NCBI GenBank assembly: GCA_963920595.1
Contig: OY986946.1
Span: forward strand, 9,734,001 to 9,795,849
Source of the DNA: Eimeria praecox
Taxonomy: Eukaryota
DNA: 61,849 nucleotides
Direction of reading: 5' to 3'
The translations under genes and the position numbers were made by a program. Positions 11,810 through 23,459 of this stretch are shown here, one piece after another. The number at the start of each line of letters is the position of its first letter. The first letter of the stretch is position 1. Below the pieces are notes generated by a model. That model was not told the origin of the DNA and made no database searches. It worked only from the letters and a program-made list of their open reading frames with translations.

Positions 11810-14800
11810 CGCGTTTGGCCTGTGTACAGAAAGCTGTAGATTGAGCTTCGGTTGGTGGTTGTTTGGTGAGGGGAGTAGTGTAAATTGCTGAGTATCTGAG
11901 CAGATATTTGCGAGGCAGGATCGGGGTATGGTAGGGGTGTTTGATGCGTTGGATACGATGTGGTGTTGCACAGCATTAGAGCATTTGAGTGTGGTTATGG
12001 CTATATGAATGGAGCACAACGGTGCGTTTTCAGGGTTCAGGGTATGCGGTGAGAGGTCTGGTGGGTGTTTCGCAGACAGTGCGGATTGCGACGCGTTTGG
12101 CTTGTGTACAGAAAGCTGTAGATTGAGCTTAGCTCGCTTGGTGGTTGCTTAGGAAGGCAGCAGTCTGCATTGCTGAGTATCTGGGCAGATATTTGCGAGG
12201 CAGGATTGGTGTATGGTAGTGGTGTTTGATGCGTTCGAGCCGATGTGGTGTTGCGCAGCATTAGAGGATTTGAGTCTGATTATGGTTATTTGGATGGAGC
12301 GCAGCGTTGGTTTTTGAGGGTTCAGGGTATGTGTCGGGGCATCCGGTGAGTGCTCTACAGACGGTACGGATTGCTGCGCGTTTGGCCTGTGTACAGAAAC
12401 CTGTAGATTGAGCTTCACTCGCTTGGCGGTTGCTTGGGGAGGCCAGCAGTCTGCGTCGCTGAGTATCTGGGCAGATATATTTGCAAGTTCGGATCGGTGT
12501 ATGGTAGTGGTGTTTGGTGCGTTGGAGTCGATGTGGTGTTGCACAGCATTAGAGCATTTGAGTGTGGGTATGGCTATTTGGATGGAGCACAACGTTGCTT
12601 TTTCAGGGTTCAGGGTATGCGGTGGGGTGTCTGGTGGGTGGTTCACAGACCGTACGCATTGCGGCGCGTTTGGCATGTGTACAGAAAGCTGTAGATTGAG
12701 CTTCGCTCGCCTGGTTATTTGGGGAGGGCAGCAGTCTACAATGTTGGGTATCTGGGCAGATATTTGCAAGCTCGGATCGGGGTATGGTAGGGGTGTTTGC
12801 TGCGTTGAATTCGATGTGGTGTTGCACAGCATTAGAGCATTTGAGTGTGGTTATGGCAATTTGGATGGAGCACAACGCTGCGTTTTCAGGGTTCAGGGTA
12901 TGTGGCTGGACGCCTGTTGGGTGGTTAACAGCCAGTACGCATTGCGGCTCGTTTGGCCTGTGCACAGAAAGCTGTAGATTGAACTTCGCTCGCCTGCGGT
13001 TCGTTTGGGAAGGCAGCCGTCTGCATTGCTGAGTATCTGGGCAGATATTTGCAAGTCCGGATCGGTGTATGGTAGGGGTGTTTGATGCGTTGCAGTCGAT
13101 GTGATGTTCCACAGCACTAGAATATTTGTGTATTGGCGGAGCCTCTGGTGGGTGGTGCACAGGCAGTACGCATTGCGGCGCGTTTGGCCTGTCTGCAGAA
13201 AGCTGTAAATTGTGCCCCGCGTGCGGGTTGTCTCGGAATGACAACTGGCTGAATTGCGGAGCCTCTGGGCAGATATTTGGGAGTCAGGATCGGGGTATGG
13301 TAGGGGCGTTTGATGAATTGCAGTCGATGTGGTATTGCATAGCATTAGAGCGTTTGAGCGTGGGTATGGCTATTTGGGTGGAGCACAACGCTGCGTTTTC
13401 AGGGTTCAGGGTATGTGGCGAGACGTCTGGTGTATGTTTCTCAGCCGGTGCGCATTGCGGCGCGTTTGGCCTGTCGGCAAAAACCTGTAGATTAAGCGTC
13501 GCCCGGTTGGTAGTTGTTTGGGGAGGGCAGCAGTCTACATTGCTGAGTATCTGGGCAGATATTTGCGAGGCAGGATTGGTGTATGGTAGGGGTGTTTGAT
13601 GCGTTGGAGTCGATGCGGTGTTGCACAGCATTAGAGCATTTGAGTGTGGTTATGGCTATTTGGATGGAGCACAACGCTGCGTTTTCAGGGTTCAGGGTAT
13701 GTGTCGGGGCGTCCGGTGAGTGCTGCACAGACAGTACGGATTGCTGCGCGTTTGGCCCGTGTGCAGAACGCTGTAGATTGAGTCTCGGTTGGTTGTTGTT
13801 TGGGGAGGGCAGCAGTCTACATTGCTGAGTATCTGGGCAGATATTTACAAGCTGGGATCGGTGTATGGTAGAGGTGTTTGATGCGTTGGAGTCGATGCGG
13901 TGTTGCATAGCATTAGAACATTTGAGTGTGGTTATGGCTATTTGAATGGAGCACAACGTTGCGTTTTCAGTGTTCAGGGTATGCGGTGGGGTGTCTGGTG
14001 GGTGTTTCACAGACAGTACGGATTGCGGCGCGTTTGGCATGTGTACAGAAAGCTGTAGATTATGCTTCGCTGACTGCTTATTTGGGAAGGCAACGGTCTA
14101 AATTGCTGATTATCTGGGCAGATATTTGCAGGTTCGGATCTGTGTATGGTAGTCGTGTTTGATGCGTTGGGGTCGATGCGGTGTTGCATAGCATTAGAAC
14201 AATTGAGTGTGGTTATGGCTATTTGAATGGAGCACAACGTTGCGTTTTCAGGGTTCAGGGTATGCGGTGGGGTATGGGGTGGGTATTTAACAGACAGTAC
14301 GGATTGCGGCGCGTTTGGCATGTGTACAGAAAGCTGTAGATTGAGCTTCGCTTACTGCTTGTTTGTGAGGGCATCTGTCGAAATCCTGCGTATCTGGGCA
14401 GATATTTGCGAGGCACCATCGGTGTATGGTAGGGGTATTTGGTGCGTTGGATTCGATGTGGTGTTGCACAGCATTAGAGCATTTGAGCGTGGTTATGGCT
14501 ATATGAATGGAGCACAACGTTGCGTTTTCAGGGTTCAGGGTATGCGCTGGGGTATCTGGTGGGTATTTAACAGACAGTACGGATTGCGGCGCGTTTGGCC
14601 TGTGTACAGAAAGCTGTAGATTGAGCTTAGAGTGCTGTTTTTCTGGGAAGGCAGCGGTCTAAATTGCTGAGTATCTGGGCAGGCATTTGCATGTTCGTAC
14701 CGGGGTACATTATAGGTGTGTGATGCATTGCATTCGATGTGGTGGTGCACAGCATAAGAGCAATTGAGCGTGATTATGGCTATTTGGATGGAGCCCAACG

Positions 14801-17690
14801 TTGCGTTTTGGGGGGTCAGGGTTTGTGGCGGCGCATCAGGTGGGTGGGTCTCAGGAGGTACGCATAGCTGCGCGTTTGGCCTGTGTACAGAAAGCTGTAG
14901 ATTGAGCTTCGGTTGGTGGTTGTTTGGTGAGGGGAGTAGTGTAAATTGCTGAGTATCTGAGCAGATATTTGCGAGGCAGGATCGGGGTATGGTAGGGGTG
15001 TTTGATGCGTTGGATACGATGTGGTGTTGCACAGCATTAGAGCATTTGAGTGTGGTTATGGCTATATGAATGGAGCACAACGGTGCGTTTTCAGGGTTCA
15101 GGGTATGCGGTGAGAGGTCTGGTGGGTGTTTCGCAGACAGTGCGGATTGCGACGCGTTTGGCTTGTGTACAGAAAGCTGTAGATTGAGCTTAGCTCGCTT
15201 GGTGGTTGCTTAGGAAGGCAGCAGTCTGCATTGCTGAGTATCTGGGCAGATATTTGCGAGGCAGGATTGGTGTATGGTAGTGGTGTTTGATGCGTTCGAG
15301 CCGATGTGGTGTTGCGCAGCATTAGAGGATTTGAGTCTGATTATGGTTATTTGGATGGAGCGCAGCGTTGGTTTTTGAGGGTTCAGGGTATGTGTCGGGG
15401 CATCCGGTGAGTGCTGCACAGACGGTACGGATTGCTGCGCGTTTGGCCTGTGTACAGAAACCTGTAGATTGAGCTTCACTCGCTTGGCGGTTGCTTGGGG
15501 AGGCCAGCAGTCTGCGTCGCTGAGTATCTGGGCAGATATATTTGCAAGTTCGGATCGGTGTATGGTAGTGGTGTTTGGTGCGTTGGAGTCGATGTGGTGT
15601 TGCACAGCATTAGAGCATTTGAGTGTGGGTATGGCTATTTGGATGGAGCACAACGTTGCTTTTTCAGGGTTCAGGGTATGCGGTGGGGTGTCTGGTGGGT
15701 GGTTCACAGACCGTACGCATTGCGGCGCGTTTGGCATGTGTACAGAAAGCTGTAGATTGAGCTTCGCTCGCCTGGTTATTTGGGGAGGGCAGCAGTCTAC
15801 AATGTTGGGTATCTGGGCAGATATTTGCAAGCTCGGATCGGGGTATGGTAGGGGTGTTTGCTGCGTTGAATTCGATGTGGTGTTGCACAGCATTAGAGCA
15901 TTTGAGTGTGGTTATGGCAATTTGGATGGAGCACAACGCTGCGTTTTCAGGGTTCAGGGTATGTGGCTGGACGCCTGTTGGGTGGTTAACAGCCGGTACG
16001 CATTGCGGCTCGTTTGGCCTGTGCACAGAAAGCTGTAGATTGAACTTCGCTCGCCTGCGGTTCGTTTGGGAAGGCAGCCGTCTGCATTGCTGAGTATCTG
16101 GGCAGATATTTGCAAGTCCGGATCGGTGTATGGTAGGGGTGTTTGATGCGTTGCAGTCGATGTGATGTTCCACAGCACTAGAATATTTGTGTATTGGCGG
16201 AGCCTCTGGTGGGTGGTGCACAGGCAGTACGCATTGCGGCGCGTTTGGCCTGTCTGCAGAAAGCTGTAAATTGTGCCCCGCGTGCGGGTTGTCTCGGAAT
16301 GACAACTGGCTGAATTGCGGAGCCTCTGGGCAGATATTTGGGAGTCAGGATCGGGGTATGGTAGGGGCGTTTGATGAATTGCAGTCGATGTGGTATTGCA
16401 TAGCATTAGAGCGTTTGAGCGTGGGTATGGCTATTTGGGTGGAGCACAACGCTGCGTTTTCAGGGTTCAGGGTATGTGGCGAGACGTCTGGTGTATGTTT
16501 CTCAGCCGGTGCGCATTGCGGCGCGTTTGGCCTGTCGGCAAAAACCTGTAGATTAAGCGTCGCCCGGTTGGTAGTTGTTTGGGGAGGGCAGCAGTCTACA
16601 TTGCTGAGTATCTGGGCAGATATTTGCGAGGCAGGATTGGTGTATGGTAGGGGTGTTTGATGCGTTGGAGTCGATGCGGTGTTGCACAGCATTAGAGCAT
16701 TTGAGTGTGGTTATGGCTATTTGGATGGAGCACAACGCTGCGTTTTCAGGGTTCAGGGTATGTGTCGGGGCGTCCGGTGAGTGCTGCACAGACAGTACGG
16801 ATTGCTGCGCGTTTGGCCCGTGTGCAGAACGCTGTAGATTGAGTCTCGGTTGGTTGTTGTTTGGGGAGGGCAGCAGTCTACATTGCTGAGTATCTGGGCA
16901 GATATTTACAAGTTGGGATCGGTGTATGGTAGGGGTGTTTGATGCGTTGGAGTCGATGCGGTGTTGCATAGCATTAGAACATTTGAGTGTGGTTATGGCT
17001 ATTTGAATGGAGCACAACGTTGCGTTTTCAGTGTTCAGGGTATGCGGTGGGGTGTCTGGTGGGTGTTTCACAGACAGTACGGATTGCGGCGCGTTTGGCA
17101 TGTGTACAGAAAGCTGTAGATTATGCTTCGCTGACTGCTTATTTGGGAAGGCAACGGTCTAAATTGCTGATTATCTGGGCAGATATTTGCAGGTTCGGAT
17201 CTGTGTATGGTAGTCGTGTTTGATGCGTTGGGGTCGATGCGGTGTTGCATAGCATTAGAACAATTGAGTGTGGTTATGGCTATTTGAATGGAGCACAACG
17301 TTGCGTTTTCAGGGTTCAGGGTATGCGGTGGGGTATGGGGTGGGTATTTAACAGACAGTACGGATTGCGGCGCGTTTGGCATGTGTACAGAAAGCTGTAG
17401 ATTGAGCTTCGCTTACTGCTTGTTTGTGAGGGCATCTGTCGAAATCCTGCGTATCTGGGCAGATATTTGCGAGGCACGATCGGTGTATGGTAGGGGTATT
17501 TGGTGCGTTGGATTCGATGTGGTGTTGCACAGCATTAGAGCATTTGAGCGTGGTTATGGCTATATGAATGGAGCACAACGTTGCGGTTTCAGGGTTCAGG
17601 GTATGCGCTGGGGTATCTGCTGGGTATTTAACAGACAGTACGGATTGCGGCGCGTTTGGCCTGTGTACAGAAAGCTGTAGATTGAGCTTC
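11810..17690 (+). repeat. 3061 bp higher-order repeat (11 monomers, one shortened), ~1.9 copies
   Basis: ORF pairs sit at an exact 3061 offset (12037/15098, 12149/15210, 12603/15664, 13492/16553, 14007/17068). Eleven 'gcagatattt'-type landmarks occur per period. Confidence 0.95.
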
Positions 17691-20600
17691 GCTCGCCTGC
17701 GGGTTGTTTCTGAAGGCAGCAGTCTGCATTGCTGAGTCTCTGGGCAGATATTTGCGACTCCGGATCGGTGTATATTATAGGTGTTTGATGCGTTGGATTC
17801 GATGTGGTGTTGCACAGCATTAGAGCATTTGAGTGTGGTTATGGCTATTTGGATGGAGCACAACGTTGCGTTTTCATGGTTCAGGGTATGTATCAGGGCA
17901 TCTGGCGGGTGGCCCACAGACAGTATGTATTGGGGCGCGTTTGGCCGGTCTTCAGAAACCTGTGGATTGGGCTTCGCTTGGTGGTTGTTTTGGGGGGGCA
18001 GCAATGTAAATTGCTGAGTATCTGGGCAGATATTTGCAAGCTCGGATCGGGGTATGGTAGGGGTGTTTGCTGCGTTGAATTCGATGTGGTGTTGCACAGC
18101 ATTAGAGCATTTGAGTGTGGTTATGGCAATTTGGATGGAGCACAACGCTGCGTTTTCAGGGTTCAGGGTATGCGAGACGTCTGGTGTATGTTTCTCAGCC
18201 GGTACGCATTGCGGCGCGTTTGGCCTGTGCACAGAAAGCTGTAGATTGAACTTCGCTCGCCTGCGGTTCGTTTGGGAAGGCAGCCGTCTGCATTGCTGAG
18301 TATCTGGGCAGATATTTGCAAGTCCGGATCGGTGTATGGTAGGGGTGTTTGATGTGTTGCAGTCGATGTGATGTTCCACAGCACTAGAATATTTGTGTAT
18401 TGGCGGAGCCTCTGGTGGGTGGTGCACAGGCAGTACGCATTGCGGCGCGTTTGGCCTGTCTGCAGAAAGCTGTAAATTGTGCCCCGCGTGCGGGTTGTCT
18501 CGGAATGACAACTGGCTGAATTACGGAGCCTCTGGGCAGATATATGGGGTCAGGATCGGGGTATGGTAGGGGTGTTTGATGAATTGCAGTCGATGTGGTA
18601 TTGCATAGCATTAGAGCGTTTGAGCGTGGGTATGGCTATTTGGGTGGAGCACAACGCTGCGTTTTCAGGGTTCAGGGTATGTGGCGAGACGTCTGGTGTA
18701 TGTTTCTCAGCCGGTGCGCATTGCGGCGCGTTTGGCCTGTCGGCAAAAACCTGTAGATTAAGCGTCGCCCGGTTGGTAGTTGTTTGGGGAGGGCAGCAGT
18801 CTACATTGCTGAGTATCTGGGCAGATATTTGCGAGGCAGGATTGGTGTATGGTAGGGGTGTTTGATGCGTTGGAGTCGATGCGGTGTTGCACAGCATTAG
18901 AGCATTTGAGCGTGGTTACGGCTATTGAGATGGAGCACAACGCTGCGTTTTCAGGGTTCAGGGTATGTGTCGGGGCGTCCGGTGAGTGCTGCACAGACAG
19001 TACGGATTGCTGCGCGTTTGGCCCGTGTGCAGAACGCTGTAGATTGAGTCTCGGTTGGTTGTTGTTTGGGGAGGGCAGCAGTCTACATTGCTGAGTATCT
19101 GGGCAGATATTTACAAGCTGGGATCGGTGTATGGTAGGGGTGTTTGATGCGTTGGAGTCGATGCGGTGTTGCATAGCATTAGAACATTTGAGTGTGGTTA
19201 TGGCTATTTGAATGGAGCACAACGTTGCGTTTTCAGTGTTCAGGGTATGCGGTGGGGTGTCTGGTGGGTGTTTCACAGACAGTACGGATTGCGGCGCGTT
19301 TGGCATGTGTACAGAAAGCTGTAGATTATGCTTCGCTGACTGCTTATTTGGGAAGGCAACGGTCTAAATTGCTGATTGTCTGGGCAGATATTTGCAGGTT
19401 CGGATCTGTATATGGTAGTGGTGTTTGATGCGTTGGGGTCGATGCGGTGTTGCATAGCATTAGAACATTTGAGTGTGGTTATGGCTATTTGAATGGAGCA
19501 CAACGTTGCGTTTTCAGGGTTCAGGGTATGCGGTGGGGTGTCTGGTGGGTGTTTCACAGACAGTACGGATTGCGGCGCGTTTGGCATGTGTACAGAAAGC
19601 TGTAGATTATGCTTCGCTGACTGCTTATTTGGGAAGGCAACGGTCTAAATTGCTGATTGTCTGGGCAGATATTTGCAGGTTCGGATCTGTATATGGTAGT
19701 GGTGTTTGATGCGTTGGGGTCGATGCGGTGTTGCATAGCATTAGAACAATTGAGTGTGGTTATGGCTATTTGAATGGAGCACAACGTTGCGTTTTCAGGG
19801 TTCAGGGTATGCGGTGGGGTATGGGGTGGGTATTTAACAGACAGTACGGATTGCGGCGCGTTTGGCATGTGTACAGAAAGCTGTAGATTGAGCTTCGCTT
19901 ACTGCTTGTTTGTGAGGGCATCTGTCGAAATCCTGCGTATCTGGGCAGATATTTGAGAGGCACGATCGGTGTATGGTAGGGGTATTTGGTGCGTTGGATT
20001 CGATGTGGTGTTGCACAGCATTAGAGCATTTGAGTGTGGTTATGGCTATATGAATGGAGCACAACGTTGCGTTTTCATGGTTCAGGGTATGCGCTGGGGT
20101 ATCTGCTGGGTATTTAACAGACAGTACGGATTGCGGCGCGTTTGGCCTGTGTACAGAAAGCTGTAGATTGAGCTTCGCTCGCCTGCGGGTTGTTTCTGAA
20201 GGCAGCAGTCTGTATTGCTGAGTCTCTGGGCAGGTATTTCCAACTCCGGATCGGTGTATATTATAGGTGTTTGGTGCGTTGGATTCGATGTGGTGTTGCA
20301 CAGCATTAGAGCATTTGAGTGTGGTTATGGCTATTTGAATGGAGGGCAACGTTGCGTTTTCATGGTTCAGGGTATGTGTCGGGGCATCTGGTGGGTGTTT
20401 CGCAGACAGTATGGATTGCGACGCGTTTGGCCTGTGTACAGGAAGCTGTAGATTGAGCTTCGCTCGCCTGCGGGTTGTTTCTGAAGGCAGCAGTCTGCAT
20501 TGCTGAGTCTCTGGGCAGGTATTTCCAACTCCGGATCGGTGTATATTATAGGTGTTTGGTGCGTTGGATTCGATGTGGTGTTGCACAGCATTAGAGCATT

Positions 20601-23459
20601 TGAGTGTGGTTATGGCTATTTGAATGGAGGGCAACGTTGCGTTTTCATGGTTCAGGGTATGTGTCGGGGCATCTGGTGGGTGTTTCGCAGACAGTATGGA
20701 TTGCGACGCGTTTGGCCTGTGTACAGGAAGCTGTAGATTGAGCTTCGCTCGCCTGCGGGTTGTTTCTGAAGGCAGCAGTCTGCATTGCTGAGTCTCTGGG
20801 CAGATATTTGCAACTCCGGATCGGTGTATATTATAGGTGTTTGGTGCGTTGGGGTCGATGTGGTGTTGCACAGCATTAGAGCATTTGAGTGTGGTTATGG
20901 CTATTTGAATGGAGGGCAACGTTGCGTTTTCATGGTTCAGGGTATGTATCAAGGCATCTGGCGGGTGGCCCACAGACAGTATGTATTGGGGCGCGTTTGG
21001 CCGGTCTTCAGAAACCTGTGGATTGGGCTTCGCTTGGTGGTTGTTTTGGGGGGGCAGCAATGTAAATTGCTGAGTATCTGGGCAGATATTTGCAAGCTCG
21101 GATCGGGGTATGGTAGGGGTGTTTGCTGCGTTGAATTCGATGTGGTGTTGCACAGCATTAGAGCATTTGAGTGTGGTTATGGCAATTTGGATGGAGCACA
21201 ACGCTGCGTTTTCAGGGTTCAGGGTATGTGGCTGGACGCCTGTTGGGTGGTTAACAGCCGGTACGCATTGCGGCGCGTTTGGCCTGTGCACAGAAAGCTG
21301 TAGATTGAACTTCGCTCGCCTGCGGTTCGTTTGGGAAGGCAGCCGTCTGCATTGCTGAGTATCTGGGCAGATATTTGCAAGTCCGGATCGGTGTATGGTA
21401 GGGGTGTTTGATGTGTTGCAGTCGATGTGATGTTCCACAGCACTAGAATATTTGTGTATTGGCGGAGCCTCTGGTGGGTGGTGCACAGGCAGTACGCATT
21501 GCGGCGCGTGCACAGGCAGTACGCATTGCGGCGCGTTTGGCCTGTCTGCAGAAAGCTGTAAATTGTGCCCCGCGTGCGGGTTGTCTCGGAATGACAACTG
21601 GCTGAATTGCGGAGCCTCTGGGCAGATATTTGGGAGTCAGGATCGGGGTATGGTAGGGGTGTTTGATGAATTGCAGTCGATGTGGTATTGCATAGCATTA
21701 GAGCGTTTGAGCGTGGGTATGGCTATTTGGGTGGAGCACAACGCTGCGTTTTCAGGGTTCAGGGTATGTGGCGGGACGTCTGGTGTATGTTTCTCAGCCG
21801 GTGCGCATTGCGGCGCGTTTGGCCTGTCGGCAAAAACCTGTAGATTAAGCGTCGCCCGGTTGGTAGTTGTTTGGGGAGGGCAGCAGTCTACATTGCTGAG
21901 TATCTGGGCAGATATTTGCGAGGCAGGATTGGTGTATGGTAGGGGTGTTTGATGCGTTGGAGTCGATGCGGTGTTGCACAGCATTAGAGCATTTGAGTGT
22001 GGTTATGGCTATTTGGATGGAGCACAACGCTGCGTTTTCAGGGTTCAGGGTATGTGTCGGGGCGTCCGGTGAGTGCTGCACAGACAGTACGGATTGCTGC
22101 GCGTTTGGCCCGTGTGCAGAACGCTGTAGATTGAGTCTCGGTTGGTTGTTGTTTGGGGAGGGCAGCAGTCTACATTGCTGAGTATCTGGGCAGATATTTA
22201 CAAGTTGGGATCGGTGTATGGTAGGGGTGTTTGATGCGTTGGAGTCGATGCGGTGTTGCATAGCATTAGAACATTTGAGTGTGGTTATGGCTATTTGAAT
22301 GGAGCACAACGTTGCGTTTTCAGTGTTCAGGGTATGCGGTGGGGTGTCTGGTTGGTGTTTCACAGACAGTACGGATTGCGGCGCGTTTGGCATGTGTACA
22401 GAAAGCTGTAGATTATGCTTCGCTGACTGCTTATTTGGGAAGGCAACGGTCTAAATTGCTGATTATCTGGGCAGATATTTGCAGGTTCGGATCTGTATAT
22501 GGTAGTGGTGTTTGATGCGTTGGGGTCGATGCGGTGTTGCATAGCATTAGAACAATTGAGGGTGGTTATGGCTATTTGAATGGAGCACAACGTTGCGTTT
22601 TCAGGGTTCAGGGTATGCGGTGGGGTATGGGGTGGGTATTTAACAGACAGTACGGATTGCGGCGCGTTTGGCATGTGTACAGAAAGCTGTAGATTGAGCT
22701 TCGCTCGCCTGCGGGTTGTTTCTGAAGGCAGCAGTCTGCATTGCTGAGTCTCTGGGCAGATATTTGCGACTCCGGATCGGTGTATATTATAGGTGTTTGG
22801 TGCGTCGGGGTCGATGTGGTGTTGCACAGCATTAGAGCATTTGAGTGTGGTTATGGCTATTTGGATGGAGCACAACGTTGCGTTTTCAGGGTTCAGGGTA
22901 TGTATCAGGGCATTTGGCGGGTGGCCCACAGACAGTATGTATTGGGGCGCGTTTGGCCGGTCTTCAGAAACCTGTGGATTGGGCTTCGCTTGGTGGTTGT
23001 TTTGGGGGGGCAGCAATGTAAATTGCTGAGTATCTGGGCAGATATTTGCAAGCTCGGATCGGGGTATGGTAGGGGTGTTTGCTGCGTTGAATTCGATGTG
23101 GTGTTGCACAGCATTAGAGCATTTGAGTGTGGTTATGGCAATTTGGATGGAGCACAACGCTGCGTTTTCAGGGTTCAGGGTATGCGAGACGTCTGGTGTA
23201 TGTTTCTCAGCCGGTACGCATTGCGGCGCGTTTGGCGTGTCGGCAAAAACCTGTAGATTAAGCGTCGCTCGGTTGGCGGTTGTTTCGGGAGGGCAGCAGT
23301 CTACATTGCTGAGTATCTGCGCAGATACCTGCATGCAGCATGGGGGTGTTTGATGCGTTGAAGTCGATGTGTTATTGCACAGCATTAGGGCATTTGAGTA
23401 CGGAGGTGGATATTGAGATGGAGCACAACGTTGCGTTTGCAGGGTTCAGGGTATGTGTC

